Assembly (NCBI GenBank): GCA_947626725.1
Contig: CANQTI010000001.1
Span: 1-41,151, forward strand
Direction: 5' to 3'
DNA: 41,151 bases
Source of the DNA: an uncultured Eisenbergiella sp.
GTDB lineage: Bacteria; Bacillota; Clostridia; Lachnospirales; Lachnospiraceae
Shown here: in pieces, positions 21,344 to 31,903 of the stretch
How positions within the stretch are numbered: position 1 is the first letter of the stretch
Layout of the letters: each line of letters opens with the position of its first letter
The notes under the pieces: generated by a model
Told to the model about the DNA's origin: nothing
Databases searched by the model: none
What the model saw: only the letters and a program-made list of their open reading frames with translations
Translations under genes and position numbers: made by a program

Positions 21344-23014
21344 TTACTTTACCGCTTCATTGACCAGGGCAATGGCTTCCTCCAGGCCATCTTTCTCGTA
21401 ATCCTCAATGATTTCCTGCCACATCTCCTCTACAGGGCGCTCTCCTGTCATAATGATGACCAAATCGTCATCTATATGCAGGCCAAAGTTGCTTCCCGAT
21501 GCCACAAAAGCGGTGGTGCATTCCGGCACATCCGACTGCTCCGCCGTATTCTGTGCCTGCTCTAAATAATCCGCCATCCAATCCTTTTTCCACTGCGGAA
21601 CCGGATCATGATACTGATAACCCTCCACTGTAAGGTTCGGAAGCCAAGCTACCAGGTTCTGGAAAAGGGGTGCGCTGGGATATAAGGACGCCAGTCCTCC
21701 TTCTACCGTCACAATAGCCTCTCCGTTTTCCACGTTAAAGGTCTCCCCTTCATAACCGAAATCAGCCAGGATAATTCCTTCATCGGAGCACAGATAGTCA
21801 TAGATCTGAAGGATCCGATCCATCTTGGCGTCATCCACAGCGGAGCCGAACACCGACTCGCTCCACGCCGTTTCCGTCTCCCAGAAATAAGTGTTGCCGT
21901 CTACGGAAGGCATGAGATCCAAATACTTCACATCCTCTTCAACAGGCGTTCCGTGGATTTCCAGCCAGGCATCGGCCATTGTTTCCAGCGAATTCGTTCC
22001 GAGCAAAGCAGCGGCCTGCCCATTTAAGAATTTATTTTTCGCCATATCCTGGGTAGTCAGGGAAATATCATGCTCAATGACATTGTTTTCATACATATCC
22101 CGCAGCAGGTTCCATGCAGGCAGCATATCATCTCCCAGGTTTTCACCCGCGAAATAGGCTGGAATGTAAGTTCCGTCCCCATTGTCCACCCATTTGAAGG
22201 TGGTGCCGCTTACCACCGCTTCCGGCTTTGCGTAGCTCAGGAATATTTCTTTTAACTGCGCGGTGTCTAAAGCAGTCATTCCGCTGATATTCTTTCCCTC
22301 CGGATCCGCTTCTACGATGGCCTGGATCATGTCACAGAACTCCTGCCAATTCTCCGGTTCCTTTTCCACGCCTGCTGCCTGTGCCAGATCCCAGCGATAT
22401 AAAATCCAGCGGGTCAGTGCCGTGTGATACTTCGTCGGATTGCTCAGACGGAAAATGGCATAGGGCACACCGTCCACCTTGCAGCCTTCCATGCTGGGAT
22501 AATCCAGATATGCCGCCAGGTGCGGGTAGGCGGACAAGTCCTCCGGCACCGGCCGGATCACGCCGTCATTCGCCCATTCCGAAAACTGTTTCGTGTTCCG
22601 GATATCCACCGCCGCAATGTCCGGCAGGGAATCAGAGGATGCCCAAAGCTGTTCCTTGGTGCCGTAATCGTCCCAGGTGATATTCATCGGGACAAAGGTT
22701 ACGTTGAACTTTTCTTCAATATCCTGCAGGATCCGGTCCGTATCCCGGGACCCGAGATAAGTTTCCACGCCCCAATACGCGACGGAAATCTCCATGTGCT
22801 CCTGAGGTACCTGCGCGCTTTCTTCGGAAGGGGCTTCCTGCGCCTCCTCTTCCGCCGGCGCACTTTCCTGAGCCTCCTGTTCCGCCGGCGCGCTTTCCTG
22901 AACCTCCTGTTCCGCCGGCGCACTGCCGCCCTCCGTCTTGGTCCCGCCGCAGCCGATCAGCATGGACGCCAGCATGCTCACGCACAATAGGATTGCCAAC
23001 TGTTTCTTCTTCAT
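21344..23014 (-). CDS. carbohydrate ABC transporter solute-binding lipoprotein
   Basis: AAGGAGG RBS; MKKKQLAILLCVSMLASMLIGC lipobox; repeat linker; ASSDSLPD motif. Confidence 0.9.
   Translation of the reverse strand: MKKKQLAILLCVSMLASMLIGCGGTKTEGGSAPAEQEVQESAPAEQEAQESAPAEEEAQEAPSEESAQVPQEHMEISVAYWGVETYLGSRDTDRILQDIEEKFNVTFVPMNITWDDYGTKEQLWASSDSLPDIAAVDIRNTKQFSEWANDGVIRPVPEDLSAYPHLAAYLDYPSMEGCKVDGVPYAIFRLSNPTKYHTALTRWILYRWDLAQAAGVEKEPENWQEFCDMIQAIVEADPEGKNISGMTALDTAQLKEIFLSYAKPEAVVSGTTFKWVDNGDGTYIPAYFAGENLGDDMLPAWNLLRDMYENNVIEHDISLTTQDMAKNKFLNGQAAALLGTNSLETMADAWLEIHGTPVEEDVKYLDLMPSVDGNTYFWETETAWSESVFGSAVDDAKMDRILQIYDYLCSDEGIILADFGYEGETFNVENGEAIVTVEGGLASLYPSAPLFQNLVAWLPNLTVEGYQYHDPVPQWKKDWMADYLEQAQNTAEQSDVPECTTAFVASGSNFGLHIDDDLVIIMTGERPVEEMWQEIIEDYEKDGLEEAIALVNEAVK
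22835..22924 (-). repeat. 3 x 30-bp in-frame tandem repeat encoding SAPAE(Q/E)E(V/A)QE
   Basis: TTCCTG-nnCCTCCT-nTTCCGCCGGCGCnCT unit repeated three times. Confidence 0.9.
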
Positions 23015-23163
23015 CTTACTACCTCCTTTTTTGTTTTGATACATTGTGTTTATTTACAAACCCCCCGATATTTGAGGGCGGTTTTCCGCCCGCCAGGAAC
23101 CGTCACGCATCTCATCCTGCCTCGGCAAACCCGCGGTCTTTAAAATGCGGTCCCGGCCTTCGC

Positions 23164-24066
23164 TCACTCCTTCACGCTCCCGATCATGACCCCTTTCACA
23201 AAATGCTTCTGCATGAACGGATAGACACACAGTACCGGCAGAGTGGTGACCACAATGGTGGACATCTGCACCGCCGTGGTATTTACCATTCCTGCCTGTT
23301 CCAGATATTGCCTGGCCATCTCGTTGAGCGTATTGCTCATGCTGATCACCACGTTGCGCAGATAAATCTGCAGCGTATACAGCGATGAACGGTTGATATA
23401 CAGGTTGCACAGATACCACTCGTTCCAGCGTTCCACCGCGTAAAATAAGAAAAATGTCGCCATAAACGGCTTCGAGATGGGCAATGCAACCCGAAAAATG
23501 ATTGCGATCTCATCCGCTCCGTCCAGATACGCCGCATCCAGCAGACTTTCCGGCAGAGAAGTGAAGTAATTCTTCATGATGATCAGATAGTAGGTGCTCA
23601 CCGCATTCGGAAGAATGAGCACCGCCAGGTTATTGACCAACCCCAGACCCTTGATCACCAGATAGGTGGGGATCATCCCGCCGCCGAACAGCATGGTAAA
23701 TACGATCATATTCAAAAAGAACCGCCTGCCCACCAGCTTCTTCCGGGACAGCGCGTATGCCCCAAATACGGATAAGAGCATATTCATCGAGGTCCCCACT
23801 ACCGTGACAAAAAGGGTCACCGCCAATGAATGGAAGAACGCTTTATCCTGGAAGATCGTTTTGTAGCCGGTGGTATCAAAACTGTACAGCCACAGATAGA
23901 GCGGATGCTGGGCGTAGGACGCCACGCTGGAAAAGGACAGCATCAACGTTTGCCAGAAGGGCAGCAGAGTCAAAAGCGCCAACAGAAGCAGAACCGCCAG
24001 CAGAAAAATATCCAGCTTCCCGATCCGGTCCGCAGGACGGCCCTTTTTTATTTTTTCTTTCGCCAT
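23164..24066 (-). CDS. carbohydrate ABC transporter permease (MalG-like)
   Basis: LLDAAYLDGA, GGGMIPTYL, WNEW, YPFMQKHFVKGVMIGSVKE. Confidence 0.93.
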   Translation of the reverse strand: MAKEKIKKGRPADRIGKLDIFLLAVLLLLALLTLLPFWQTLMLSFSSVASYAQHPLYLWLYSFDTTGYKTIFQDKAFFHSLAVTLFVTVVGTSMNMLLSVFGAYALSRKKLVGRRFFLNMIVFTMLFGGGMIPTYLVIKGLGLVNNLAVLILPNAVSTYYLIIMKNYFTSLPESLLDAAYLDGADEIAIIFRVALPISKPFMATFFLFYAVERWNEWYLCNLYINRSSLYTLQIYLRNVVISMSNTLNEMARQYLEQAGMVNTTAVQMSTIVVTTLPVLCVYPFMQKHFVKGVMIGSVKE

Positions 24067-24083
24067 AAGCCTCTCCCCCTCCT

Positions 24084-25022
24084 TTACAAAAGCCCCTGCT
24101 CACCTGCTGACACCACCACCTTGTTCGTCAGAAGCACCATCACCAGCCCCACCACCGACTTCACCATACCGATGGCGGTGGAGTAGCCATAATCCATGCC
24201 TCCGACATTGAAGGTCTCCCGGAACACATAGGTATCAATGGTATCTGCCACATCGTAAACCGGCGCGGAATACAGATTGTAGATCTGATCAAAACGCCCA
24301 TTGGTCAGGACAGAACCCATGGCCAGAATCAGCATGATGCAGACGGTGCTGCGGATGCCCGGCAAGGTAATATGCCAGATCTGCTGCAGCCTTCCCGCGC
24401 CGTCCACCGTAGCGGCCTCATACAGCCCCTGGTCAATGGATGTAATCGCCGCCAGGTAAATGATGCTGCTCCAGCCGATCTCCTTCCATATGCCCCCCAG
24501 CCAGATGAACCAACGAAATGCCTTTTGACTGGTAATCGGAGAAACACTGGCGATTCCGAACAGATGCAAAAGCTGGTTCACCATTCCGGTGGAAGAAAAA
24601 ATGTTGATCATGATGCCCGCCAAAACCACCCAGGAAAGAAAGTGCGGGAAGGTCACGACCGTCTGGACCACCTTCTTCGTTCGCCGCAGGCGGATCTCAT
24701 TGAGCGCCAGCGCCAGCAGCACAGCAGAAGGGATCTCCATAAACAGACCGCCAAAGCTGAATACCAGCGTGTTCCGCACACTCCTGCGGAAATAACGGTC
24801 CGCAAACATGTCCGCGAAATTGGCCATTCCCACCCAGGGACTGCCCCATACGCCGGCCTTGTAGCTGAAGTCCTTGAACGCCAGAATCAGGCCCCCCATC
24901 GGCGCATAACAAAAAACCAGGTACCAAATCAGCACCGGAGCCAGGATCAGGTACAGCTGCGCATTATTGCGAATCCGCACCCATATTTTCCTTCTCTTTT
25001 CCCTATTTGGCACATATGACAT
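24084..25022 (-). CDS. carbohydrate ABC transporter permease (LplB-like)
   Basis: PHFLSWVV, WKEIGWSSIIYLAAITSIDQGLYEAATVDGA. Start chosen from the GGAAGGGGG RBS. Confidence 0.92.
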   Translation of the reverse strand: MSYVPNREKRRKIWVRIRNNAQLYLILAPVLIWYLVFCYAPMGGLILAFKDFSYKAGVWGSPWVGMANFADMFADRYFRRSVRNTLVFSFGGLFMEIPSAVLLALALNEIRLRRTKKVVQTVVTFPHFLSWVVLAGIMINIFSSTGMVNQLLHLFGIASVSPITSQKAFRWFIWLGGIWKEIGWSSIIYLAAITSIDQGLYEAATVDGAGRLQQIWHITLPGIRSTVCIMLILAMGSVLTNGRFDQIYNLYSAPVYDVADTIDTYVFRETFNVGGMDYGYSTAIGMVKSVVGLVMVLLTNKVVVSAGEQGLL

Positions 25023-25226
25023 GTTCCTGCCCCCTTCCGTCTTTTTCTCTATACGCTCTTCCCCTTTTTTCTCTCCCATACGCGTTCCTTATTGTCTATT
25101 TTAACTAATAAGAATGGGAATTGAAAATGGAAATTATTCATGATTTTTACTGATTCACCTAAGATATTTCCATATTCGGCAGTGGAACGATCTCATTTTC
25201 CGCTCAATTTTCCATATTTTCCTGCT

Positions 25227-25270
25227 AAAAAGGCGTATGGGATCTTTTTCTGCGATCTCATGCGCCTTTT
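25227..25270. terminator. intrinsic terminator after the YphG-like gene
   Basis: AAAAGGCGTATGGGATC...GATCTCATGCGCCTTTT. Confidence 0.7.
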
Positions 25271-25376
25271 GAAGCTTTCCCGATATATGATTGTCCCGAC
25301 CGCCGGCATATCCCGTATCGGCACATACCAGGCCATCGTCCCCGCACGGTCGAAATAAGAACCGGCTGTCAACGGA

Positions 25377-28300
25377 TCAGCATTTACCCTTCATCTCACC
25401 ATACAGATACTCTACCCAATAGGGACTGATGCCCTTTCCCCGCATCAAGAGGGCGCTTTTCTTCGCGGCTTCTGTTTCACCCAGCCCCAACTGTGCAAAG
25501 AACAGGGCCGCATATCCCATTTTTTCGACAGTCCTTCGTTGGTCCTGTTCAAAGGGCAGGGCGGCCGGAAAGCCCAGAAAATAGTTCAGCGTATGACTTT
25601 GAAGCATCTTTTCCGCCTGCGCTTTCAGCGCTTCAAAAAGAGTCGCGGCCTCGACAGGTCTGCCCAGCTTCCGCAGGGCAAGACCTTTAAAGAACTGAGA
25701 TACCCCCTGGTCATCATACTGCCCCGCGGCTATCAGCAGCTCCTTCCGTGCTCTTTCTCCATTTCCTACAGCTTCGAAGCCCAGCGCCTTGAAATAATGC
25801 AGATGCGCCCTGCGTTCCTGATATCGGCTCCCTTCATGATACTGCTCCGGATATTCGTCCGCATACAGAAAATGCTTCAGTGCCGTCTCCCGATCCCCAT
25901 CCTTTAATGCCTGAACGCCTTTGACGATATGGGCAAAAGCATGCAGGGCGGGCAGCATTCCTTCACCGCCCTCATAGCAATAAAACTTTCCCTGCTCCAT
26001 AAGCTTCATAGCATCATCAACCCGATCGGCCCTGCTCAGACACTCAATATACTGCAGCTTTAAATCCTGGCGTTTTTCTACCAAATCCATATTCTCTTCC
26101 AATATTGCCAACAGTTTCCGATCGGATGCGCCCATAACTTTTTCCAGCTGATAGTTTTCATAGAAAATCCGCGGTTCCCTGGCATAACGCAGGGCCAGTT
26201 CCATCTCCTGCTTCGCCGCACAGCGATCGTGCAGACATTCAAACAGGGCCAGCGCAAGAGCACGGTGCGCATCCGCGAAATCGGGCCGACGCTGCACCGA
26301 AAGCTGCCAGCAGTCAGCCGCGGGCTTTTCATTATCTCTGGCATAAAGCATACAGCCCAGGTAATAAGGCGCCAGGGCGCTTTCGCTGTTTTGGGATACA
26401 AAATCCAATACCTGGAAATCCAGGAGCGTATTGGGGAATACATCCTCCTGCACACTGTCCTCACCCTTTCGAATACAATCTGTACAGGCTTCCGCTTTCC
26501 CCATCCGGGCATTGGCCCACGCCAGATAAAAATACCAAAGCGCCGTCCGTTTCGGGCAAAGTTCCAGGGCTTTTTCTCCCTCTTCGTACAGTCCGCAGGC
26601 CAGATATACCTCTGCCAATCCCAAATAAGCCGATACCTTTCCTCCCAGTATCCGAACCAGTTTCTTTTTTGCCGTTTCCTCTCCGCATAAATACAGTGTG
26701 AATAAGGAGGATATATCCAATGGGTCGTAACGAAGCATTTCTTCCGCTTTTGTACGGGCACATTCCCTTCTTCCCAGCCGAGTCCAAATGGCCGAGCGGA
26801 TCGCTGCGGCACGCAGCGAATGAGCGTTGGTCTCCAGAGAAGCATCCAGATCCTCCAGCGCAGCATCGAAATCCCCAGCGGCGCATTCCAGTTCCGCAGA
26901 CTGCTGCAGCGCGGCGCTCTTCCAGGCATAACTCCACGCTGCTCGCTTGAAAGCGGCCAGCGCTTTTTTCAAAAGGGCCGTGCTGTCCATCCCGCATTTC
27001 CCGCCCAGCTGTCGGTATGCAAGCCCCAGCTGATAATAACACTCAGCATCCAGGGGATTCGGATTGCGGCTCACTGCCCGGCTGACCGCACGCTCCAAAT
27101 AATCTGCCGCTTTTTCAAAATTCCCGGCACGGTACATCAATACGCCCATAGCCACGTTGCAGCGGATATCCCCGGGATCTCTCTTCAGACCTTCCTGGTA
27201 ATAGTCGGACGCTTTCATTACCGCATGCTTGTACTGTTCCAAATGCACGCCGTTTACCCACAGTTCATCTACGCTCTCTATCTCCTCCGGAGGCAGGGCG
27301 CGTGTTCGCGCTTTAGGCGCTTCCTTTCCTTCGAAAAACATGGGGAGCTTTTCCCAACGCACCAGTTCTCTGCCAGCTTCATCCGTCAGGCAGACCGCAG
27401 CTTCCTCCACCTCCCGCACGCTTTTAGGACAGTATCGGTAAACCTCCCCCGGCAGAACGTCATAGGAGGACCTTTCCCCGTTCACCTCCAGAACCACGGT
27501 TCCAGCCCGGGTTACGTTAAAGGCGACTGTCACGCCATCTCCTTCCTTATATACACCTATCGCGCCGTCTGCCGTGGCATTTTTCAGGTCCCGGATGCCT
27601 TTGAGCGAGTACCATTTTTGTTCAAACGTTTTGGTCTCATAAGGCATAATCCAGGTGAAATCCGGCTGGTTGTCCGTAAAACAGCCGGTCATAATCTCAA
27701 TATAGTTTCCATCCTCATCCGTCAGGTTTTTTTGCCATGCCCTGCCATAATCCGCCTGGCCCCACGTGAAGAACTTTTTGCCCGGGGCAAGGAAATGATC
27801 CGCCACATGGACGGTCCCCATCTGTCTGGAGTCGTCGTATCCGGCCATAAAAGAATATGCTGAGTCAAAAATAAAAAAGGAACTGCCTGACTTCAGATTT
27901 TTCACATATCGGATATCCACACCATCCTGAAAATCCGTCCCCGCAAACTGCCCCTTCACCACCGGGAAAGGGGAAACATGGGTCTTGTCGTGGTGAGTGA
28001 CATAATCGACATCCGGCGGAAACATCAGACGGTAGCTGTCATTCACATGTACCGCCAGATTGGCCCACCAGTGAAACGCCTCTTTTTGGGGAGCCGGATT
28101 GTACAGCTTCACCCTGGCGGTGATATAAGAGCGATCGGGGCAGATCCCGATACCCAGCAGACACTTCTGCCCGTTCCTGCTCTCGGTTTCCCCTACCCAG
28201 GCTGTCACGCCGCCGTCCTCTTCCTCTTCAATCACGTACTCCACCGGCAGGAATGTGGTGGGCCTATGGTGCTGCGGCCAGTTGAATTCAATGCCGCCAG

Positions 28301-28643
28301 AAATCCAGGCCCCGTTCAATCCGATCAGCGCAGGCTTAATCACGTTATTTTTGTAAACAAAATGATAATCATTTACTTTATCATACCCTTCATAAATCCT
28401 TCCGCCCAGCTCCGGCAGCACCGTAACCCGGATATAATCGTTTTCCATCCGCAGCGCTTTATAGGTGTGCTTCTCATTCTTCTCCAAAGTGAGGATATCC
28501 TTGTTCTTATATGGATAAATATCCCCCTTGGTCCCCTGGTTAATCCGCAGCTTGTAAAAAATCGGCAGCCGCTCCTCTTCCCCCAATTCATAAGTAGGAA
28601 TCACCAGGTCCTCCTGCCAGATTCTTGCCCTTCCCCGTCCCAT
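25377..28643 (-). CDS. yphG: DUF5107 + TPR protein, E. coli YphG-like (1088 aa)
   Basis: IPTYE, ENDYIRVTVLPELGGRI, VIKPALIGLNGAWISGGIEFNWPQHHRPTTF, PGKKFFTWG, YIEIMTGCFTDNQPDFTW match YphG motifs as I recall them; long TPR-like C-terminal half; AAGGAGG RBS. Confidence 0.8.
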   Translation of the reverse strand: MGRGRARIWQEDLVIPTYELGEEERLPIFYKLRINQGTKGDIYPYKNKDILTLEKNEKHTYKALRMENDYIRVTVLPELGGRIYEGYDKVNDYHFVYKNNVIKPALIGLNGAWISGGIEFNWPQHHRPTTFLPVEYVIEEEEDGGVTAWVGETESRNGQKCLLGIGICPDRSYITARVKLYNPAPQKEAFHWWANLAVHVNDSYRLMFPPDVDYVTHHDKTHVSPFPVVKGQFAGTDFQDGVDIRYVKNLKSGSSFFIFDSAYSFMAGYDDSRQMGTVHVADHFLAPGKKFFTWGQADYGRAWQKNLTDEDGNYIEIMTGCFTDNQPDFTWIMPYETKTFEQKWYSLKGIRDLKNATADGAIGVYKEGDGVTVAFNVTRAGTVVLEVNGERSSYDVLPGEVYRYCPKSVREVEEAAVCLTDEAGRELVRWEKLPMFFEGKEAPKARTRALPPEEIESVDELWVNGVHLEQYKHAVMKASDYYQEGLKRDPGDIRCNVAMGVLMYRAGNFEKAADYLERAVSRAVSRNPNPLDAECYYQLGLAYRQLGGKCGMDSTALLKKALAAFKRAAWSYAWKSAALQQSAELECAAGDFDAALEDLDASLETNAHSLRAAAIRSAIWTRLGRRECARTKAEEMLRYDPLDISSLFTLYLCGEETAKKKLVRILGGKVSAYLGLAEVYLACGLYEEGEKALELCPKRTALWYFYLAWANARMGKAEACTDCIRKGEDSVQEDVFPNTLLDFQVLDFVSQNSESALAPYYLGCMLYARDNEKPAADCWQLSVQRRPDFADAHRALALALFECLHDRCAAKQEMELALRYAREPRIFYENYQLEKVMGASDRKLLAILEENMDLVEKRQDLKLQYIECLSRADRVDDAMKLMEQGKFYCYEGGEGMLPALHAFAHIVKGVQALKDGDRETALKHFLYADEYPEQYHEGSRYQERRAHLHYFKALGFEAVGNGERARKELLIAAGQYDDQGVSQFFKGLALRKLGRPVEAATLFEALKAQAEKMLQSHTLNYFLGFPAALPFEQDQRRTVEKMGYAALFFAQLGLGETEAAKKSALLMRGKGISPYWVEYLYGEMKGKC

Positions 28644-28769
28644 TGCAGCCTCCTTTTTTTGATTATATAATCACACTTTTGGTGAAAATTAATGGAATAT
28701 CTGTATTATATCACCCTGTATTTCCACAGTCAATTAATCATATTTGGTTAATTTTGATTAATTTATGAT

Positions 28770-28799
28770 TTGACAAAGAAGGGGAAAACCTGTTATGAT
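28770..28799 (+). promoter_or_regulatory. promoter for LacI/histidine kinase
   Basis: TTGACA, 18 bp, TGtTATGAT (extended -10). Confidence 0.6.
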
Positions 28800-28896
28800 A
28801 AAAACAGAATATTTCAGTCTTTTTCTGAGATGAGAATCCTGTTTCATGCACAATGGCATCCTGTTTTCATCCCGCAGCCCCTGGAAAGGAAAATTT

Positions 28897-29997
28897 ATGG
28901 TCCGTATTTCAGATATCGCCAAGGCCATGCAGCTGTCCGAGGCCACCGTTTCCAATGCGCTCTCCGGCAAGGGCCGGATGCAGCCCCAGACACGTGAACA
29001 AGTCCGGCAAAAAGCCCTGGAAATGGGCTACCACACCCGCCGGCGGCACCCCAAACCCGCCTGTGCAAACCCCATCATCATCATCGAAGATTTCGGGACA
29101 AACTTTGTTGACGACATGCTTTCCGGCGCCCTGACACAGGCCGCGGCGGATGACCTGTTTCCCGCCATCTATTCTCTTGGCGTCGGCCGAGGAGAAGAAA
29201 TGCGCGCCCCCGACATCCGCATGCTGAACTCTCGCATTTCTCTGCTTTTATCCAGGATCGAAGACAAGGTGAGCGGCATCCTGTACCTGTCCCAATACGC
29301 CAGGCAAGTGGACGGACTGATGGCGGACCTGCCTATTCCGCATGTAACGGTTTTTGCTACCAGACAGGATGGGCATCCCTATGTTCACTATGACGACCAC
29401 CAGGGCGCCTGGCTCGCTGTCAACAGCCTTTTAAAGCTGGGGCGCAAACGGATCGCCATGGTCAGCGGCCCTATCGATTCAATGGGTATGTATTTACGTT
29501 CCAGCGGCTATCAGCAGGCCCTGGTAGAACACAATCTGCCCTACGATCCCCGGCTGGTACGGATCGGCGACTGGGATGCCAAGAGCGGTTACCTGCTCAC
29601 AGAAAAGCTGCTGCAGGACGAGCCCGGCATCGACGCCGTCTTCGCACAGAATGACGCCATCGGTTTTGGTGCCATGCAGGCCATCAAAAAAAGCGGTCTG
29701 CGCGTCCCAACTGATGTGGCCGTCATCGGTTTCGACAATACTGTCTTCTGTCCGATGTGCAATCCTCCCCTTTCCAGCGTGGTGCCGCCGTTTGAAGCCA
29801 TGGGCAAAATCGCTTTTTATCGTCTTCTGGAACAGATGACCGCGCAAAATGCTCCAGGAACGGCAAAGCATATGCCGTCTGTACCAGTGACCCGCCCGAA
29901 CAGCACCAGTCAAACCCCTTTTTCAGACCAGAAAGGCAATCCGCTGATTGCCTGCACCCTGGCCCTGCGTGACAGCACAGGACACACCGCGGAATAA
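28897..29997 (+). CDS. LacI family transcriptional regulator
   Basis: HTH ISDIAKAMQLSEATVSNALSG; FAQND; VPTDVAVIGFDN; GAAAGGA RBS. Confidence 0.92.
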   Translation: MVRISDIAKAMQLSEATVSNALSGKGRMQPQTREQVRQKALEMGYHTRRRHPKPACANPIIIIEDFGTNFVDDMLSGALTQAAADDLFPAIYSLGVGRGEEMRAPDIRMLNSRISLLLSRIEDKVSGILYLSQYARQVDGLMADLPIPHVTVFATRQDGHPYVHYDDHQGAWLAVNSLLKLGRKRIAMVSGPIDSMGMYLRSSGYQQALVEHNLPYDPRLVRIGDWDAKSGYLLTEKLLQDEPGIDAVFAQNDAIGFGAMQAIKKSGLRVPTDVAVIGFDNTVFCPMCNPPLSSVVPPFEAMGKIAFYRLLEQMTAQNAPGTAKHMPSVPVTRPNSTSQTPFSDQKGNPLIACTLALRDSTGHTAE

Positions 29998-30134
29998 AGG
30001 TCATTTGCCAACGGTTTCGGACACGCCGCCCTCCCCGCCATCGTACCGCAATTCATGTCCCCAGCGGCCGTTTTGCCAAACATGTCATATTCTAACCGGC
30101 GCAGATAACGCCGGCCAGCCAAGAGGAGATTCTC

Positions 30135-31898
30135 ATGAAACAGGCTTCCAAAAAGAACAGACCTTTTCACAGCATCAAACTGCAGTTTCCGCTCTACATG
30201 GCGTGCATGTCTGCCATACTCCTCCTTCTTTGCTTCGTTCTGGTCAATGAAGCAAAACAATCTGTCCTGAATGATTTTCTCCAGTATGCACAGCAAAACA
30301 GCCAGCTTTTGCAAAATGCGTTCGATCAGGCCGCCCAGCAGGCGGATTCTATCTTCATCCGGCTGCAATATGAAGAAAGCTGCAAGGAACTGATGCTGCT
30401 GGATTCTTCCAGTTCCATCTCGCTCGACCTGATCTCCGACCTCAATGGCATTTTTTCCACCCTTCCCGGCGTCCCCACTACTTTTGAGGACATCGCCCTG
30501 TATTCCGATCGGGTCTTTTTATCCAATATTTACCTGCGGGAGGATCTGAACATTCTGAATGAAAGAAGCGGGGAACGGCGGGGAACACTTGCACTGGGGA
30601 TCTATACGTCCTCTATCATCTCTTCCAAACGCCAGGTTCCTTCTCAATATCTGGTTTTCTTCTATAACTATTATTCCCGCTCTAAAAAACTGGGAAATGC
30701 GGTGGCCAGCATTAATCTCTCAGAACTGCCGGCCGGTTTCCCTTTTATCCAAAGCGAAGGTTCTTACCAGATACTGATGGATTCCAACGGCAATCTGTGC
30801 TTTCTGGGCATAGACACAGTACAAAAAGAAAACGCTCCGGATCTTTCTCAGATCCAGGAGCTGCTCCTTTCTCATCCTGACATTTCTTCCATCCGAAGCG
30901 GCCGCTTTGTGTTTCAGGCATTCCCGGTGAATTCCGCCGGCTGTACCCTGATCAGCGTGGTGGACCGCAGCGCCGTCACGGCAAGACTGGATTCCATGTA
31001 TGTATTTTGTGTTTCTCTATCGATCTTTTTGCTGATCACCTATGTGATTTGCAACTTTTTCTTTCACCGAAACACCGTCGCACCCTTGGGACGGCTGAGC
31101 AGCTACATCGTCTCTCTGCAAGGCAAGGATCTTTCCACCACGACTGCGGAATTGCCCCTTGACTTATCCGGCTGTACGGAGGTACAGCTCATCGGAGAAG
31201 AATTTGCCAAGCTGATAGATCACCTCATCCGCCTTTCCGCAGAAATGCAGCAAAACCGGGAGGCAATGTATCAAATAGAACTGCAGCGCAAAAACGCTGA
31301 GATCGAAAGTCTGCGAAGTCAGATCAATCCCCATTTTCTCTACAATACGCTGGAACTGATTCGGGCAGACGCCATCGCAGGGAAGGTGGACCAGATTTCT
31401 CTGATCACAGCATCCATGGGCAAAATGTACCGTTACGCTATTAAAGGCGACCCCATCGTCACTCTGGCAGAGGAAGCGGAAATGGTCAAAGCCTATATCA
31501 ATATCCAAAAACAGCGTTACCGGAATCAGATGTCCGTCCTCTTCCACATTTCCGACGAAGCGGCCGCCCGGAAAATCCCCAGAATGATTCTGCAGCCTCT
31601 GGTAGAAAATGCTTTTCTCCATGGGCTGGAACCCCTGGAGGGTCCCTGGACACTCTATATCAGCGCAGACATCGTCCAGGATTCTCTGCGCATCAGCATC
31701 CGGGACAACGGTGTCGGCATCCCGCCTTCACAGCTGGAAGAAATCCGCGCCCGTCTTCACACGGACGGGAATACGGACTGTATCGGTCTGTCAAACGTCT
31801 ACACTCGCCTTTCTCTTTTATATGGAGAAAAATGCAGTTTCACCATTTCCAGCGCGCCGGGAGACGGCACCTGCATTCAAATCCGAATCCAGGATTAA
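30135..31898 (+). CDS. YesM-like sensor histidine kinase
   Basis: Two transmembrane segments; SQINPHFLYNTLE; LQPLVENAFLHG; IRDNGVG; IGLSNV. Confidence 0.93.
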   Translation: MKQASKKNRPFHSIKLQFPLYMACMSAILLLLCFVLVNEAKQSVLNDFLQYAQQNSQLLQNAFDQAAQQADSIFIRLQYEESCKELMLLDSSSSISLDLISDLNGIFSTLPGVPTTFEDIALYSDRVFLSNIYLREDLNILNERSGERRGTLALGIYTSSIISSKRQVPSQYLVFFYNYYSRSKKLGNAVASINLSELPAGFPFIQSEGSYQILMDSNGNLCFLGIDTVQKENAPDLSQIQELLLSHPDISSIRSGRFVFQAFPVNSAGCTLISVVDRSAVTARLDSMYVFCVSLSIFLLITYVICNFFFHRNTVAPLGRLSSYIVSLQGKDLSTTTAELPLDLSGCTEVQLIGEEFAKLIDHLIRLSAEMQQNREAMYQIELQRKNAEIESLRSQINPHFLYNTLELIRADAIAGKVDQISLITASMGKMYRYAIKGDPIVTLAEEAEMVKAYINIQKQRYRNQMSVLFHISDEAAARKIPRMILQPLVENAFLHGLEPLEGPWTLYISADIVQDSLRISIRDNGVGIPPSQLEEIRARLHTDGNTDCIGLSNVYTRLSLLYGEKCSFTISSAPGDGTCIQIRIQD

Positions 31899-31903
31899 AC
31901 ATA

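Noticed and set aside
22835-22924. 30-bp repeats as a CRISPR array
   Set aside because: They are contiguous, have no spacers, lie in frame within a CDS, and there are no cas genes.
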